A DNA stretch of 64,000 bases, taken from IMG/VR virus record IMGVR_UViG_3300016725_000004; one strand, written 5' to 3'. The stretch comes from a virus. Positions 56,064 to 64,000 of the stretch are shown piece by piece; the first letter of the stretch is position 1, and each line of letters begins with the position of its first letter. The notes under the pieces were generated by a model, which was given only the letters and a program-made list of their open reading frames with translations, made no database searches and was not told the origin of the DNA. Both the position numbers and the translations under genes were made by a program.

Positions 56064-56592
56064 CTTTTCCTCCACAGAAAATACAACGATATGTTTCTGA
56101 TGCATTATCATCATCAAAATGCATTACATGTAAACCACAAGGTGAATGGTAACATGGATGATACCCAATCATAAAATTATCATTATATTTAATTTTATTT
56201 TTTATCATTATATCTTCAACATACTCTCTTATAGTATTTTCATATCCCCAAACATATCTAACTACTTCAGCACAACTTTTTTGCAAAATATGCAAACATT
56301 CTATTTTATATTTTAAAGTAGGTTTAGCATTAATTGGTGTAAAACTTTCTTTTGTGGATAATCCACAAAAAATACAAGTTTTATCTCCATAAAATATATC
56401 AGTTATAGCATGATATCCAAAGGGGGAAATAGAACATGTTCCAAAAGTATAATAGGATTCAATTTGAGAATTTTGAATTAAACCTTGTTTAACACAGCAT
56501 TTACCTAAATCATCAAGAAAATTTAATCTAATATTTAGTGAACTTCGTTGTAAATTTCTTAAAGTTAAATAGGATGATATTAATTTTTCCAC
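56041..56592 (-). CDS. Cys/His-rich protein (183 aa)
   Basis: multiple C..C and H..C pairs (CIFCG, PCYHSPCG, CIFCGG). Confidence 0.45.
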   Translation of the reverse strand: MEKLISSYLTLRNLQRSSLNIRLNFLDDLGKCCVKQGLIQNSQIESYYTFGTCSISPFGYHAITDIFYGDKTCIFCGLSTKESFTPINAKPTLKYKIECLHILQKSCAEVVRYVWGYENTIREYVEDIMIKNKIKYNDNFMIGYHPCYHSPCGLHVMHFDDDNASETYRCIFCGGKDEKQKVA

Positions 56593-56912
56593 GGTGAATA
56601 CTTTACTAATTCTTCCATACTCATTACTTCTTTAATAGTACGCTTTCTCAAATCGAGATACGCTTCTTCATTTTGACTTGCAAATACGCAAAAACCCTTT
56701 CCACATTCAGGACAAATAGAATCAATCCAATAATCATCTTGTGAAGGATCATAATTACCTGTATCTGAACTAAGTTTAGAATAGACTTGATTATGATTAC
56801 ATTTACTTTGAAAATTAGCAACTTGTTTCCAAAGTTCAACTTTTTCATCTACATTTCGTCTAATTGCTTGAATAAGATTATTTCTAATTTCTTGCATTTC
56901 AGGAGATTTCAT
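56580..56912 (-). CDS. hypothetical protein with CPECG motif (110 aa)
   Basis: minus-strand ORF. Confidence 0.4.
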   Translation of the reverse strand: MKSPEMQEIRNNLIQAIRRNVDEKVELWKQVANFQSKCNHNQVYSKLSSDTGNYDPSQDDYWIDSICPECGKGFCVFASQNEEAYLDLRKRTIKEVMSMEELVKYSPWKN

Positions 56913-57351
56913 TATTTGACTCCATTGAATTTAGTTCAGTTAGTGATTGCATCATTATATCAGGATTTACAATATTAATCAACATGTCGCCATGCTCAAG
57001 TATACCATCAAGAAAACCCAAATCTCGAAGTACATCAGGTTTCTGTATTTTAGCATCTTTCTTATTTAAGATTTGATTAATTTCATCAATTATAAATCCA
57101 ACCTTATTATTCAAATTACAAACAATAATCTTACAATTTTCATGAATTTCATATGTATTAGAACTTGAACAAATCATACGAAAATCAATAATAGGAACAA
57201 TAGTTCCTCTTAAATTTATAATACCTGCAAGATAATCAGGTGAATTAGGAAGTTTAGTTATATTAGGAATTTTTATAATACAATCCATTTTATTAATATC
57301 CAAACCATATTCAGTATTACCGCATTTAAATGTAATTATATGAATGTCCAT
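56899..57351 (-). CDS. CheW-like domain protein (150 aa)
   Basis: KCGNTEYGLDINKMDCIIKIPNITKLPNSPDYLAGIINLRGTIVPIIDFRMI matches CheW fold signature (..YG....V.EI.....P.....G..NLRG..VPVIDLR). Confidence 0.6.
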   Translation of the reverse strand: MDIHIITFKCGNTEYGLDINKMDCIIKIPNITKLPNSPDYLAGIINLRGTIVPIIDFRMICSSSNTYEIHENCKIIVCNLNNKVGFIIDEINQILNKKDAKIQKPDVLRDLGFLDGILEHGDMLINIVNPDIMMQSLTELNSMESNNEIS

Positions 57352-57352
57352 A

Positions 57353-58108
57353 TTAGACCTCCTGTACTGTAATTTTTAGCCTTGGGCCAGAAATCCAATC
57401 TTCAGCTTCAACATGTTTTAATTCTTGAGGTATTCTATTATAATCTTGATAACAAGTACGCAAACTAACATAATGTTCCTTACGATAATAGTAAAAGCCC
57501 CGTTTACCTTCTCCAATATAACAATCAATTAAAATTTCTGGAATTATTCCCGTACATCTATTTTTCAATTCAATTTGTCTAGTTTCTGGATTCCATACAA
57601 TATCAGCAACTAAGATTTTATTATCGCATTTTAAACAAATACAATAAATTACATATGGATTTAATCTATCTTCTTCTCCATAAGTATTAAACATTGTATA
57701 TTTCTTTTTATTAAACATAAAAGTACAACCACCATAAGCATCAATCCAAGTAGAATTTTTAATAGTATTAGCTATAGTGTTGGTAGATATACCAGCACCC
57801 ATCCAAAAATAATCTGTAAAACCTTCTTCATTTAGAGCTTCCCATTCACTTTCAGTATAATCTTCAATTTCTTCTGGTGTTAAATCACAAATATCATTCA
57901 TACAAAATTCAAGATTCTTATCTGCACCCATAAAAAAGATAATATTTTTTGAAAAACAATATTCAACAAATTTATTATAAATATCTTTATCCCAATGATA
58001 AGGTTGATTTATGCAATCTAAATACCTTTCAATCTTTTTAGGATTATCCATAATACAATATTTAAATTGTTTAAATATAGATAAAAAATAGTCAAATACT
58101 TCCATCAT
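57353..58108 (-). CDS. hypothetical protein (251 aa)
   Basis: minus-strand ORF. Confidence 0.5.
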   Translation of the reverse strand: MMEVFDYFLSIFKQFKYCIMDNPKKIERYLDCINQPYHWDKDIYNKFVEYCFSKNIIFFMGADKNLEFCMNDICDLTPEEIEDYTESEWEALNEEGFTDYFWMGAGISTNTIANTIKNSTWIDAYGGCTFMFNKKKYTMFNTYGEEDRLNPYVIYCICLKCDNKILVADIVWNPETRQIELKNRCTGIIPEILIDCYIGEGKRGFYYYRKEHYVSLRTCYQDYNRIPQELKHVEAEDWISGPRLKITVQEV

Positions 58109-58109
58109 A

Positions 58110-58514
58110 TTAACTCCTCAAATGTGGTGGTTTACAATTATGAATTAAATATTCTTTATCTTCTAATTTAGCTAAATTACATAAATCTGAGAAATAAGGA
58201 ATTTCAGACTCTAGAAAATAAATATGCTTATCATAAGCCAAGGCAAATAATATTTCATCCCAAGCACCCATTCCAATATACCCATTGGTATTTAATACAA
58301 AAATACTATCTGATTGAAATATTTTTTGCTGGTACATTTCATCTAACATGTGTTTTACTTTACCACTCATATCTAAATTCTCTACATGACCAAATAATCC
58401 AACGGTATGAACAATATATCCATCTAAGGTACAACATTTTAATTGCTCTTTCCAAACATTAGGAAATTTAGTTGAGCCGACTAGTGTTAGTGTTGGGAAC
58501 ACAATTATTCCCAA
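58110..58514 (-). CDS. hypothetical protein (134 aa)
   Basis: minus-strand ORF. Confidence 0.45.
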   Translation of the reverse strand: MGIIVFPTLTLVGSTKFPNVWKEQLKCCTLDGYIVHTVGLFGHVENLDMSGKVKHMLDEMYQQKIFQSDSIFVLNTNGYIGMGAWDEILFALAYDKHIYFLESEIPYFSDLCNLAKLEDKEYLIHNCKPPHLRS

Positions 58515-58777
58515 CTTACAGTTGTTTTATCATAATCATTATCATAAGATACTTTATAATCATCTTTTCGTAATTGTTTAATTGTTTGTTCTATTACTTT
58601 ATTTTGGATAGATGCAGGAGAAGATTTAACAATATTTAATAAATTCACGGTACACTGAAAATATCCTTGTACTGCATTTTGCATACAAAGTTGTGTTACT
58701 TTGTAAATACATTCATCAACCTTTTGTTCAATATTAAGTGTAGTATTAGCTATTTCTCTCAATTTAGCCGCATTCAT
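58505..58777 (-). CDS. hypothetical protein (90 aa)
   Basis: minus-strand ORF. Confidence 0.4.
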   Translation of the reverse strand: MNAAKLREIANTTLNIEQKVDECIYKVTQLCMQNAVQGYFQCTVNLLNIVKSSPASIQNKVIEQTIKQLRKDDYKVSYDNDYDKTTVSWE

Positions 58778-59540
58778 AATTTCCCCCTAATTCAGGATGA
58801 AAATTTATTAATTGTTTGCTTTGCTTATTATACATTATTTCAGTCAATAACACAAACACTTGCAATCTATCAATTTGAGTATTTGTACTTAATACAAAGA
58901 TATATTTAGTTAAACAAATACCATCTGAAGGAGTATTAGTACAAAGATTACATTTAATACTAGTTTTAATATTAAAAGATTTTATTGCTTCTTTAATACA
59001 GGCATTACAATTATTTTGCATTTCATCAAAATAATTAAATATTTCTTTTTCGACAAATTCAACTAAATTATTTAGTTTCTTTTTAATTGTAGGAAAAGCA
59101 TATTCATATTTTCTAATCAATTTATTACGAGTAAATTCATCTAATTTTGCCATTCTATCTTTAGCAGTATTATGACTCATATCTGAGTATTTTATACAAA
59201 TCAATTCTAAATTATTTGTTGCCAATATATCTTCTATATAATCAATATATTTTTTATGTTTGTTGTTAAGTAATTGAATTAAATTTTTTGCATAAGGTGA
59301 TAACGTAATATTAATTTTAGCTAAATCTTCTTCGAGTATATCTAATGTAATATCTGTGTCTTCTAATAAATCATGAAAATATGCTGCAAGTCTTGCTGAA
59401 TTTGAAACCCAAATAGGTAAGTTATTTGAAACAGCTATAGGATGATGATAATAAGGTTTTCCAACCTTATCAACTTGAGTACCATGATATTTTATTAGTA
59501 ATTGGGCAATTTGTTCTGATTGTTTTAAACTAAATCCCAT
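58764..59540 (-). CDS. RelA/SpoT-type HD-domain hydrolase (small alarmone hydrolase-like, 258 aa)
   Basis: KYHGTQVDKVGKPYYHHPIAVS ... LAAYFHDLLEDTDIT (RSH hydrolase motifs G.PY..HP..VA and HDxxEDT). Confidence 0.6.
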   Translation of the reverse strand: MGFSLKQSEQIAQLLIKYHGTQVDKVGKPYYHHPIAVSNNLPIWVSNSARLAAYFHDLLEDTDITLDILEEDLAKINITLSPYAKNLIQLLNNKHKKYIDYIEDILATNNLELICIKYSDMSHNTAKDRMAKLDEFTRNKLIRKYEYAFPTIKKKLNNLVEFVEKEIFNYFDEMQNNCNACIKEAIKSFNIKTSIKCNLCTNTPSDGICLTKYIFVLSTNTQIDRLQVFVLLTEIMYNKQSKQLINFHPELGGNYECG

Positions 59541-59794
59541 AAGTCATCCCCTTCTACTTCATCAACTTTATCAGTTTTAACAGGTTTAGAATCAAATCCA
59601 TATTCATATAGTTCTTTCCAAGCTTCATAAGGAATACATGCAGATACATCATCAGGTTTTTGAGCAATAACAACCATATCTATAAATTCATCAATTTGCT
59701 TCTTCTCTTCTTCAGTAGCATTAGGAAATGCACCACTTCCAAGAGTAGCTTTAATTATTTCATTCATATTACCACCAACTAATTCTGTTAACAT
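59525..59794 (-). CDS. small acidic protein (89 aa)
   Basis: minus-strand ORF. Confidence 0.4.
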   Translation of the reverse strand: MLTELVGGNMNEIIKATLGSGAFPNATEEEKKQIDEFIDMVVIAQKPDDVSACIPYEAWKELYEYGFDSKPVKTDKVDEVEGDDLWDLV

Positions 59795-59857
59795 AAATTA
59801 TACGTTTTTTACTTAAACGGTAAGTAAGAGGGAATTTAGAAACTTTGAAATAACTCA

Positions 59858-60163
59858 TTAAAACACCCAACCTAAAATTGCACCAAATGGATATACAATT
59901 ACACCTAAGCAACATAATATAAAATGTGTAGTACATGCAGATAAATATGTAAAAATATTTGTAGTAGTAATAGGTAAATCAGGAGCTAGAGTATATACAT
60001 TTTCAAAATTAATTAAATATCCAATGATATACAAGTATGTCAGACATCTAAATAATACTTTAATATACCAGTTAGATGTTTCTAACTTAAATTTATAAAA
60101 GAATAAATTAATTTGGAATTTCTCTTTAACTTTAGTTATTCCTAACTTTTCTCGAATATTCAT
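59858..60163 (-). CDS. small membrane protein (101 aa)
   Basis: hydrophobic ORF. Confidence 0.4.
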   Translation of the reverse strand: MNIREKLGITKVKEKFQINLFFYKFKLETSNWYIKVLFRCLTYLYIIGYLINFENVYTLAPDLPITTTNIFTYLSACTTHFILCCLGVIVYPFGAILGWVF

Positions 60164-60501
60164 TTTAGCAGCTTTGATTTGTAACTATCTAAAATTGTAT
60201 TATGATGTCCAATGCTCTCTTCTAAAGAAGGTCTAGCATCTTTATTTTTAATGTTAGGAGTAGGAGGGGTTTTTACTTTTGGAGAAGTATCCGGAATATT
60301 AGAGGTAGTAGCAAATAATGAGGAAGGTATCACACCAAAAAATGTAGCAGCAGAAGAAATACTAAACATTAAAGTAATTAAAATTATTACAATACAAAGG
60401 ATACGAATCTTTTTGTTCTTATACACAGAAAAACAATAACAAGAAATTAATAGTATAAACATTATAATAGCCGTTACGAATAATATTGAAAATAATGACA
60501 T
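60160..60501 (-). CDS. small membrane protein (113 aa)
   Basis: two TM helices. Confidence 0.4.
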   Translation of the reverse strand: MSLFSILFVTAIIMFILLISCYCFSVYKNKKIRILCIVIILITLMFSISSAATFFGVIPSSLFATTSNIPDTSPKVKTPPTPNIKNKDARPSLEESIGHHNTILDSYKSKLLK

Positions 60502-61349
60502 TATTTTGTACTCTTACATATAGGAAGCATTCCACCACCTAAAGCAATGGGTGTACCTTCATCGGCTGCATCTGCAAATCTTTCAATAGTTTTAAGAAGC
60601 ATAAATTCAGAAGTAGGAATACCTAATTCTTTTGCTATAGCAGCATCATTTCTAGCACGAACAGCTTGAACAGCTTGCCGCTGACTTTCAATTGCAAGTT
60701 GAGCTTCAAGCTCCCGAAGTTTACGCGCTCTTTCTTCATTTACTGCATATAGACGTTCTTTAGCATCAAGAACAACTTTAGGTGGAGTACCAACACCATT
60801 AGGAAATCCAAATTCAGTTATTTCAATAGGTGTAGATTCAAGTTCTTTATTTAGGGCAGCTTTAGCTTGCTTAGATATTTCTGAAACATTTGACAGAACA
60901 TCATCAATAGAATATTCACGCAAAATATCAATTACAACTTCAGGGGCTTTTCGAGCAATATAGGTATTATACATCATTTCAGAAGTAATTACAAATGTTG
61001 AATCCTTTTCTTTTTCAGCACGAGTAGAAAAAGCTTCATTAATAGATGCTTTATCTTCCTTCACACGAAATTGAATACCAAAGGTAACATCATCAACAGT
61101 TACATTTGATATGGGAAGAAATATTTTATCCACATGAATAGTATGAGCAGAGAAAGAGGTTTGTAATCGTACAAGTTTAGGACAAGCAGAAATAAAACAA
61201 ATATCCATACGAAATGTTCCCGGCTCACGAATTGTTGATTCTAAACCAGAAGATGTTAATTGTTTACCTTTTTCACCATTATTAATGGTTACTTGTTCGC
61301 CACATGCAGTTAGCATGAGAAGCAAACAAATAATAAAGATATTTTTCAT
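60501..61349 (-). CDS. SPFH/band-7-domain lipoprotein (282 aa)
   Basis: lipoprotein signal MKNIFIICLLLMLTACGE; VTVDDVTFGIQFRV...INEAFS...RKAPEVVIDILREYS and Ala/Gln-rich coiled-coil tail typical of prohibitin/HflC-like proteins. Confidence 0.45.
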   Translation of the reverse strand: MKNIFIICLLLMLTACGEQVTINNGEKGKQLTSSGLESTIREPGTFRMDICFISACPKLVRLQTSFSAHTIHVDKIFLPISNVTVDDVTFGIQFRVKEDKASINEAFSTRAEKEKDSTFVITSEMMYNTYIARKAPEVVIDILREYSIDDVLSNVSEISKQAKAALNKELESTPIEITEFGFPNGVGTPPKVVLDAKERLYAVNEERARKLRELEAQLAIESQRQAVQAVRARNDAAIAKELGIPTSEFMLLKTIERFADAADEGTPIALGGGMLPICKSTK

Positions 61350-61582
61350 GAATTTCTCCGAGTTAAGGTTAATGGGCCTGAGGTAAAAGTTACTCCCACG
61401 TCATGCAAACCAAGTGCTGCACACCGTTTAGCAATACAACAAATACACAATAATCCTGCCCCTTCTATTTCAGGAATAGGACTAATAACTCTCCAAACTT
61501 CATCAGGAACTATACAATCAATCCAACCTAAACCACCATATTTTCTACCGCAATCATAACATTCACCACTAGGTCTAATCAT
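61346..61582 (-). CDS. small Cys-rich protein (78 aa)
   Basis: CYDCG ... CICCIAKRC. Confidence 0.4.
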   Translation of the reverse strand: MIRPSGECYDCGRKYGGLGWIDCIVPDEVWRVISPIPEIEGAGLLCICCIAKRCAALGLHDVGVTFTSGPLTLTRRNS

Positions 61583-62196
61583 TATTCTTGCTCCATTATT
61601 TCAACATCATGTTTAAAAATATTAATACAATCTTCTAATCTATATTTACGAATTACTCGCTTTTTCTTAATATAAAGTTGTCCATCTTTTTTAAAAAATT
61701 CGACTTCATCTCCATCCGACAAAGATAAATCTTTAAGAATTTCTTTAGGAAGACGAATAGCCAAGCTATTGCCCCATTTACTAACCTTAGAACTAAAAAC
61801 TTTTTCATATTGAGCATTAAGAATTTTCAGTATTTTATCACTAGCATTATATACTTTATATCCAATATAATATACACCTTCTCTAAAATTACAAAATTCT
61901 AAAATTACATCCATTTGAATAAATTCATCAAATAATTTAGTTGAAACAAAGGAGGGATCATTTTCATAATTATATTTTTTATATTTATCAAAAATAAGAT
62001 CATAAACTTCTTTATCATTAGAATTATTACAAGCAAGTTTATATTCTATAATAAAAGGATTAGTATTTAAATCCTGATAACCACCATTTTTGGTATAAAT
62101 TCTGTTATAAGTACACATATTAATAATATCTTGCGCTTTAACTGGTGCTTCCAATTTGATTTCCATTTTTCCCTCCATAAATTTCGTTAAGGTCAA
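61582..62196 (-). CDS. protein with C-terminal AbrB/MazE-type swapped-hairpin domain (204 aa)
   Basis: C-terminal VSKWGNSLAIRLPKEILKDLSLSDGDEVEFFKKDGQLYI. Confidence 0.45.
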   Translation of the reverse strand: MTLTKFMEGKMEIKLEAPVKAQDIINMCTYNRIYTKNGGYQDLNTNPFIIEYKLACNNSNDKEVYDLIFDKYKKYNYENDPSFVSTKLFDEFIQMDVILEFCNFREGVYYIGYKVYNASDKILKILNAQYEKVFSSKVSKWGNSLAIRLPKEILKDLSLSDGDEVEFFKKDGQLYIKKKRVIRKYRLEDCINIFKHDVEIMEQE

Positions 62197-62569
62197 GTTG
62201 CTTCTTAATATTTACTATATTTTTATGTTCATTCCAATCGGGTACTTTAAAGGTTAAAATAATTTTCATATGATCTTTACATGGCTGCATTTCAATACTA
62301 GTCAAGTTTACATATGCTTCAATACTTCCACATTTAGTTTCAAAATTTATTTTATCTGTAAATAAACGAAAATCACTTAATTCTCTTATTGTATGTTTAA
62401 AATATTGATTTGTTATTTTTTCATATTTTAAATAGTCTTCCATAGATAAACAGGGTCTTTCAAAAATAATATCTAAATCTTGATCGTGAAACATACAAGT
62501 TGAAGTACATGAAAAATTTATACCTACAAATTCAAAATCATTTATCAGTTTTTGTGCTGTTAGATCCAT
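62138..62569 (-). CDS. hypothetical protein (143 aa)
   Basis: minus-strand ORF. Confidence 0.45.
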   Translation of the reverse strand: MDLTAQKLINDFEFVGINFSCTSTCMFHDQDLDIIFERPCLSMEDYLKYEKITNQYFKHTIRELSDFRLFTDKINFETKCGSIEAYVNLTSIEMQPCKDHMKIILTFKVPDWNEHKNIVNIKKQLDLNEIYGGKNGNQIGSTS

Positions 62570-62834
62570 TTCTTCCTGAAGTTACATCTTTAACAATAGT
62601 AACTGCACAAAATACCATTGCTTGCAATGCAATTATCATTCCAACAATAAATAATAGTAGTAGCATTCCAAAAAGTATTGAAGGAATAAAACAAGTAATC
62701 CAATCCATATCTTGGTACATATAATGCTTCAAACAGAGAAAAGATAATTGGCTACTAAGCCAAGCAGTAACACCAATGCAAATTAGCAACAATCTATCAA
62801 AAGCAGTTTCCGTCATTTTGATTTCATTTTCCAT
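62538..62834 (-). CDS. small membrane protein (98 aa)
   Basis: hydrophobic ORF. Confidence 0.4.
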   Translation of the reverse strand: MENEIKMTETAFDRLLLICIGVTAWLSSQLSFLCLKHYMYQDMDWITCFIPSILFGMLLLLFIVGMIIALQAMVFCAVTIVKDVTSGRNGSNSTKTDK

Positions 62835-63151
62835 TATTTTTCTCCGCTATATTTTTTCAAGGTTTCCAAAATACTAGTAAAACAAGAAGTTGTAGCTTGT
62901 CCAATTTCATTTTCTATTTGAAATATATTCAAGTCCTTATTTATCTCTATACATATAGTGCGCAAAGCATGTTCAAATTGACGTTGCACATCTTCAAGAG
63001 TTGCATTTTGTTTATTACAAATATATTCTTTTCCAAGCACATTAAATGTGAAGGATTTAGAATGAATAAAATATTTAATACATCCAAATTTACATTCAAA
63101 AACTTGAAATAAAGATTTATTAATTGATTTATTTTCTGTCCAAGCTATCAT
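62834..63151 (-). CDS. hypothetical protein (105 aa)
   Basis: minus-strand ORF. Confidence 0.45.
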   Translation of the reverse strand: MIAWTENKSINKSLFQVFECKFGCIKYFIHSKSFTFNVLGKEYICNKQNATLEDVQRQFEHALRTICIEINKDLNIFQIENEIGQATTSCFTSILETLKKYSGEK

Positions 63152-63860
63152 TCCCTTCCCCCAGTAATTGCTTAGAAAAAGCTAAAATGCAAAAACAATG
63201 AAAAATTACTTTCAAGGCATACATACTTTCAGAAGAAATAAAATAAGTAGTGGACATTACTTCTGAATAATTCACAGGATCGTTCAAAAACAAACAAATC
63301 AATATAAGATAAAAAGATTTAACTAAATAACTCTTATTAAAATACTTGGGATTAAATTTTTTACTGAATGTAGCAACACAATACATTAAAAATATACCCA
63401 AAAAATATTCAGGAAAATGTTTAGTAATTTGAGTATAATCATTATATTTAAACATTATCCTAATCTGTAAAAGTATTGAAAGTGCTCCAAGAATACGAAT
63501 TAGTCTTGGACGTATACTAATAAAATTTTCAACTTTTTCCAAAGTTGTCATATATTCCTCCATGTTAAAATCAGCTTCACATAAATTAAAAGTTCTATCT
63601 TTCAATATATTACAATTTCCATTAGAAATATATTCATCATCTGTTATTAACAATGATACTTCTTGGTATGAAGTTAAAGTATTAACTGGATTAATTATAA
63701 TTAGTCCATACTTATATTTTTCACCATGTTTAAACTTTCCAAAATCATATAAAATTTCTATATCATATATTTGCATAAACTCGCGTGATGGAGTTAAACT
63801 AGTGATACACCTTAAAATTACACGATCATTAATCTTTACGAGATATCTTTTCTTTTCCAA
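63129..63860 (-). CDS. membrane protein (243 aa)
   Basis: central and C-terminal hydrophobic helices. Confidence 0.5.
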   Translation of the reverse strand: MEKKRYLVKINDRVILRCITSLTPSREFMQIYDIEILYDFGKFKHGEKYKYGLIIINPVNTLTSYQEVSLLITDDEYISNGNCNILKDRTFNLCEADFNMEEYMTTLEKVENFISIRPRLIRILGALSILLQIRIMFKYNDYTQITKHFPEYFLGIFLMYCVATFSKKFNPKYFNKSYLVKSFYLILICLFLNDPVNYSEVMSTTYFISSESMYALKVIFHCFCILAFSKQLLGEGNDSLDRK

Positions 63861-64000
63861 ATTAAATTAATTCAGTAACTAAAAATTCTTTAAATTTTTT
63901 AAGTTCATTTGGATATTCAATGTAAAATTCAGTGCCTAACAAAGCAACACCATCATCCGTATTAGCCTCTACTATTTTTCCATCTGCTGAAAAATCGAAA

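Noticed and set aside
1633-63870. Remaining plus-strand ORFs (e.g. 1633-1914, 2556-2834, 4539-4757, 6145-6330, 8520-8711, 12674-13062, 17501-17713, 21653-21859, 24972-26166, 28605-28844, 29317-29595, 29826-30326, 30890-31855, 32037-32270, 32689-32985, 33444-34288, 35543-36090, 37403-37585, 38435-38765, 39443-39652, 40041-40361, 46615-47036, 49562-49771, 50018-51030, 51259-51444, 53364-53573, 56787-56978, 58667-58909, 60212-60439, 62500-62724, 62897-63112, 63562-63870)
   Set aside because: Every one overlaps a longer or better-supported minus-strand gene. Most have AT-rich low-complexity translations (poly I/L/F/K/N). None has a convincing RBS. The window is otherwise strictly unidirectional.
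1-64000. CRISPR arrays, rRNA genes, additional tRNAs
   Set aside because: No regularly spaced direct repeats and no rRNA-like conserved blocks were seen. Other GC-rich intergenic hairpins (20611-20645, 26929-26951, 30792-30814, 35465-35481) lack cloverleaf structure.

Overview
The window is an AT-rich (about 30% GC by eye) segment of a large dsDNA phage or prophage. It holds about 140 tightly packed genes, and every credible gene lies on the minus strand. A strong Shine-Dalgarno (AGGAGG-type) sequence precedes most starts, TTG/GTG starts occur, and there are many perfect sigma70-type promoters. This suggests a Firmicutes-like host. An anaerobic ribonucleotide reductase suggests the host is an anaerobe.

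Recognisable functions:
- A class III anaerobic ribonucleotide reductase (NrdD) whose glycyl-radical C-terminus sits in a separate 45-aa GC-rich mini-ORF about 1.6 kb downstream.
- A short archaeal-type adenylosuccinate-synthetase homologue with GSTGKG in place of GDEGKGK, which is PurZ-like.
- Two HD-domain hydrolases, one of them RelA/SpoT-type.
- A CYTH domain, a SLOG/DprA-like domain and a CheW-like domain.
- A TilS-like PP-loop ATPase, a J-domain protein, XRE/HigA-type HTH proteins and ParB-like proteins.
- A HAD phosphatase, a Pol-beta-fold nucleotidyltransferase, SPFH and PspA-like membrane proteins, and a tRNA-Arg(UCU).

Region 26.2-39.7 kb has higher GC and is a mosaic of small cassettes. 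Each is driven by a consensus TTGACA-N17-TATAAT promoter embedded in a conserved palindrome (ATGGTATAATATACCAT). It includes a very GC-rich two-gene insert encoding polyanionic and polycationic low-complexity proteins, and a paralogous family with poly-Asp tails.

No integrase, CRISPR array, rRNA or structural/packaging genes were recognised. Coordinates read from the sequence lines may be off by 1-2 nt. ORF ends follow the supplied track.
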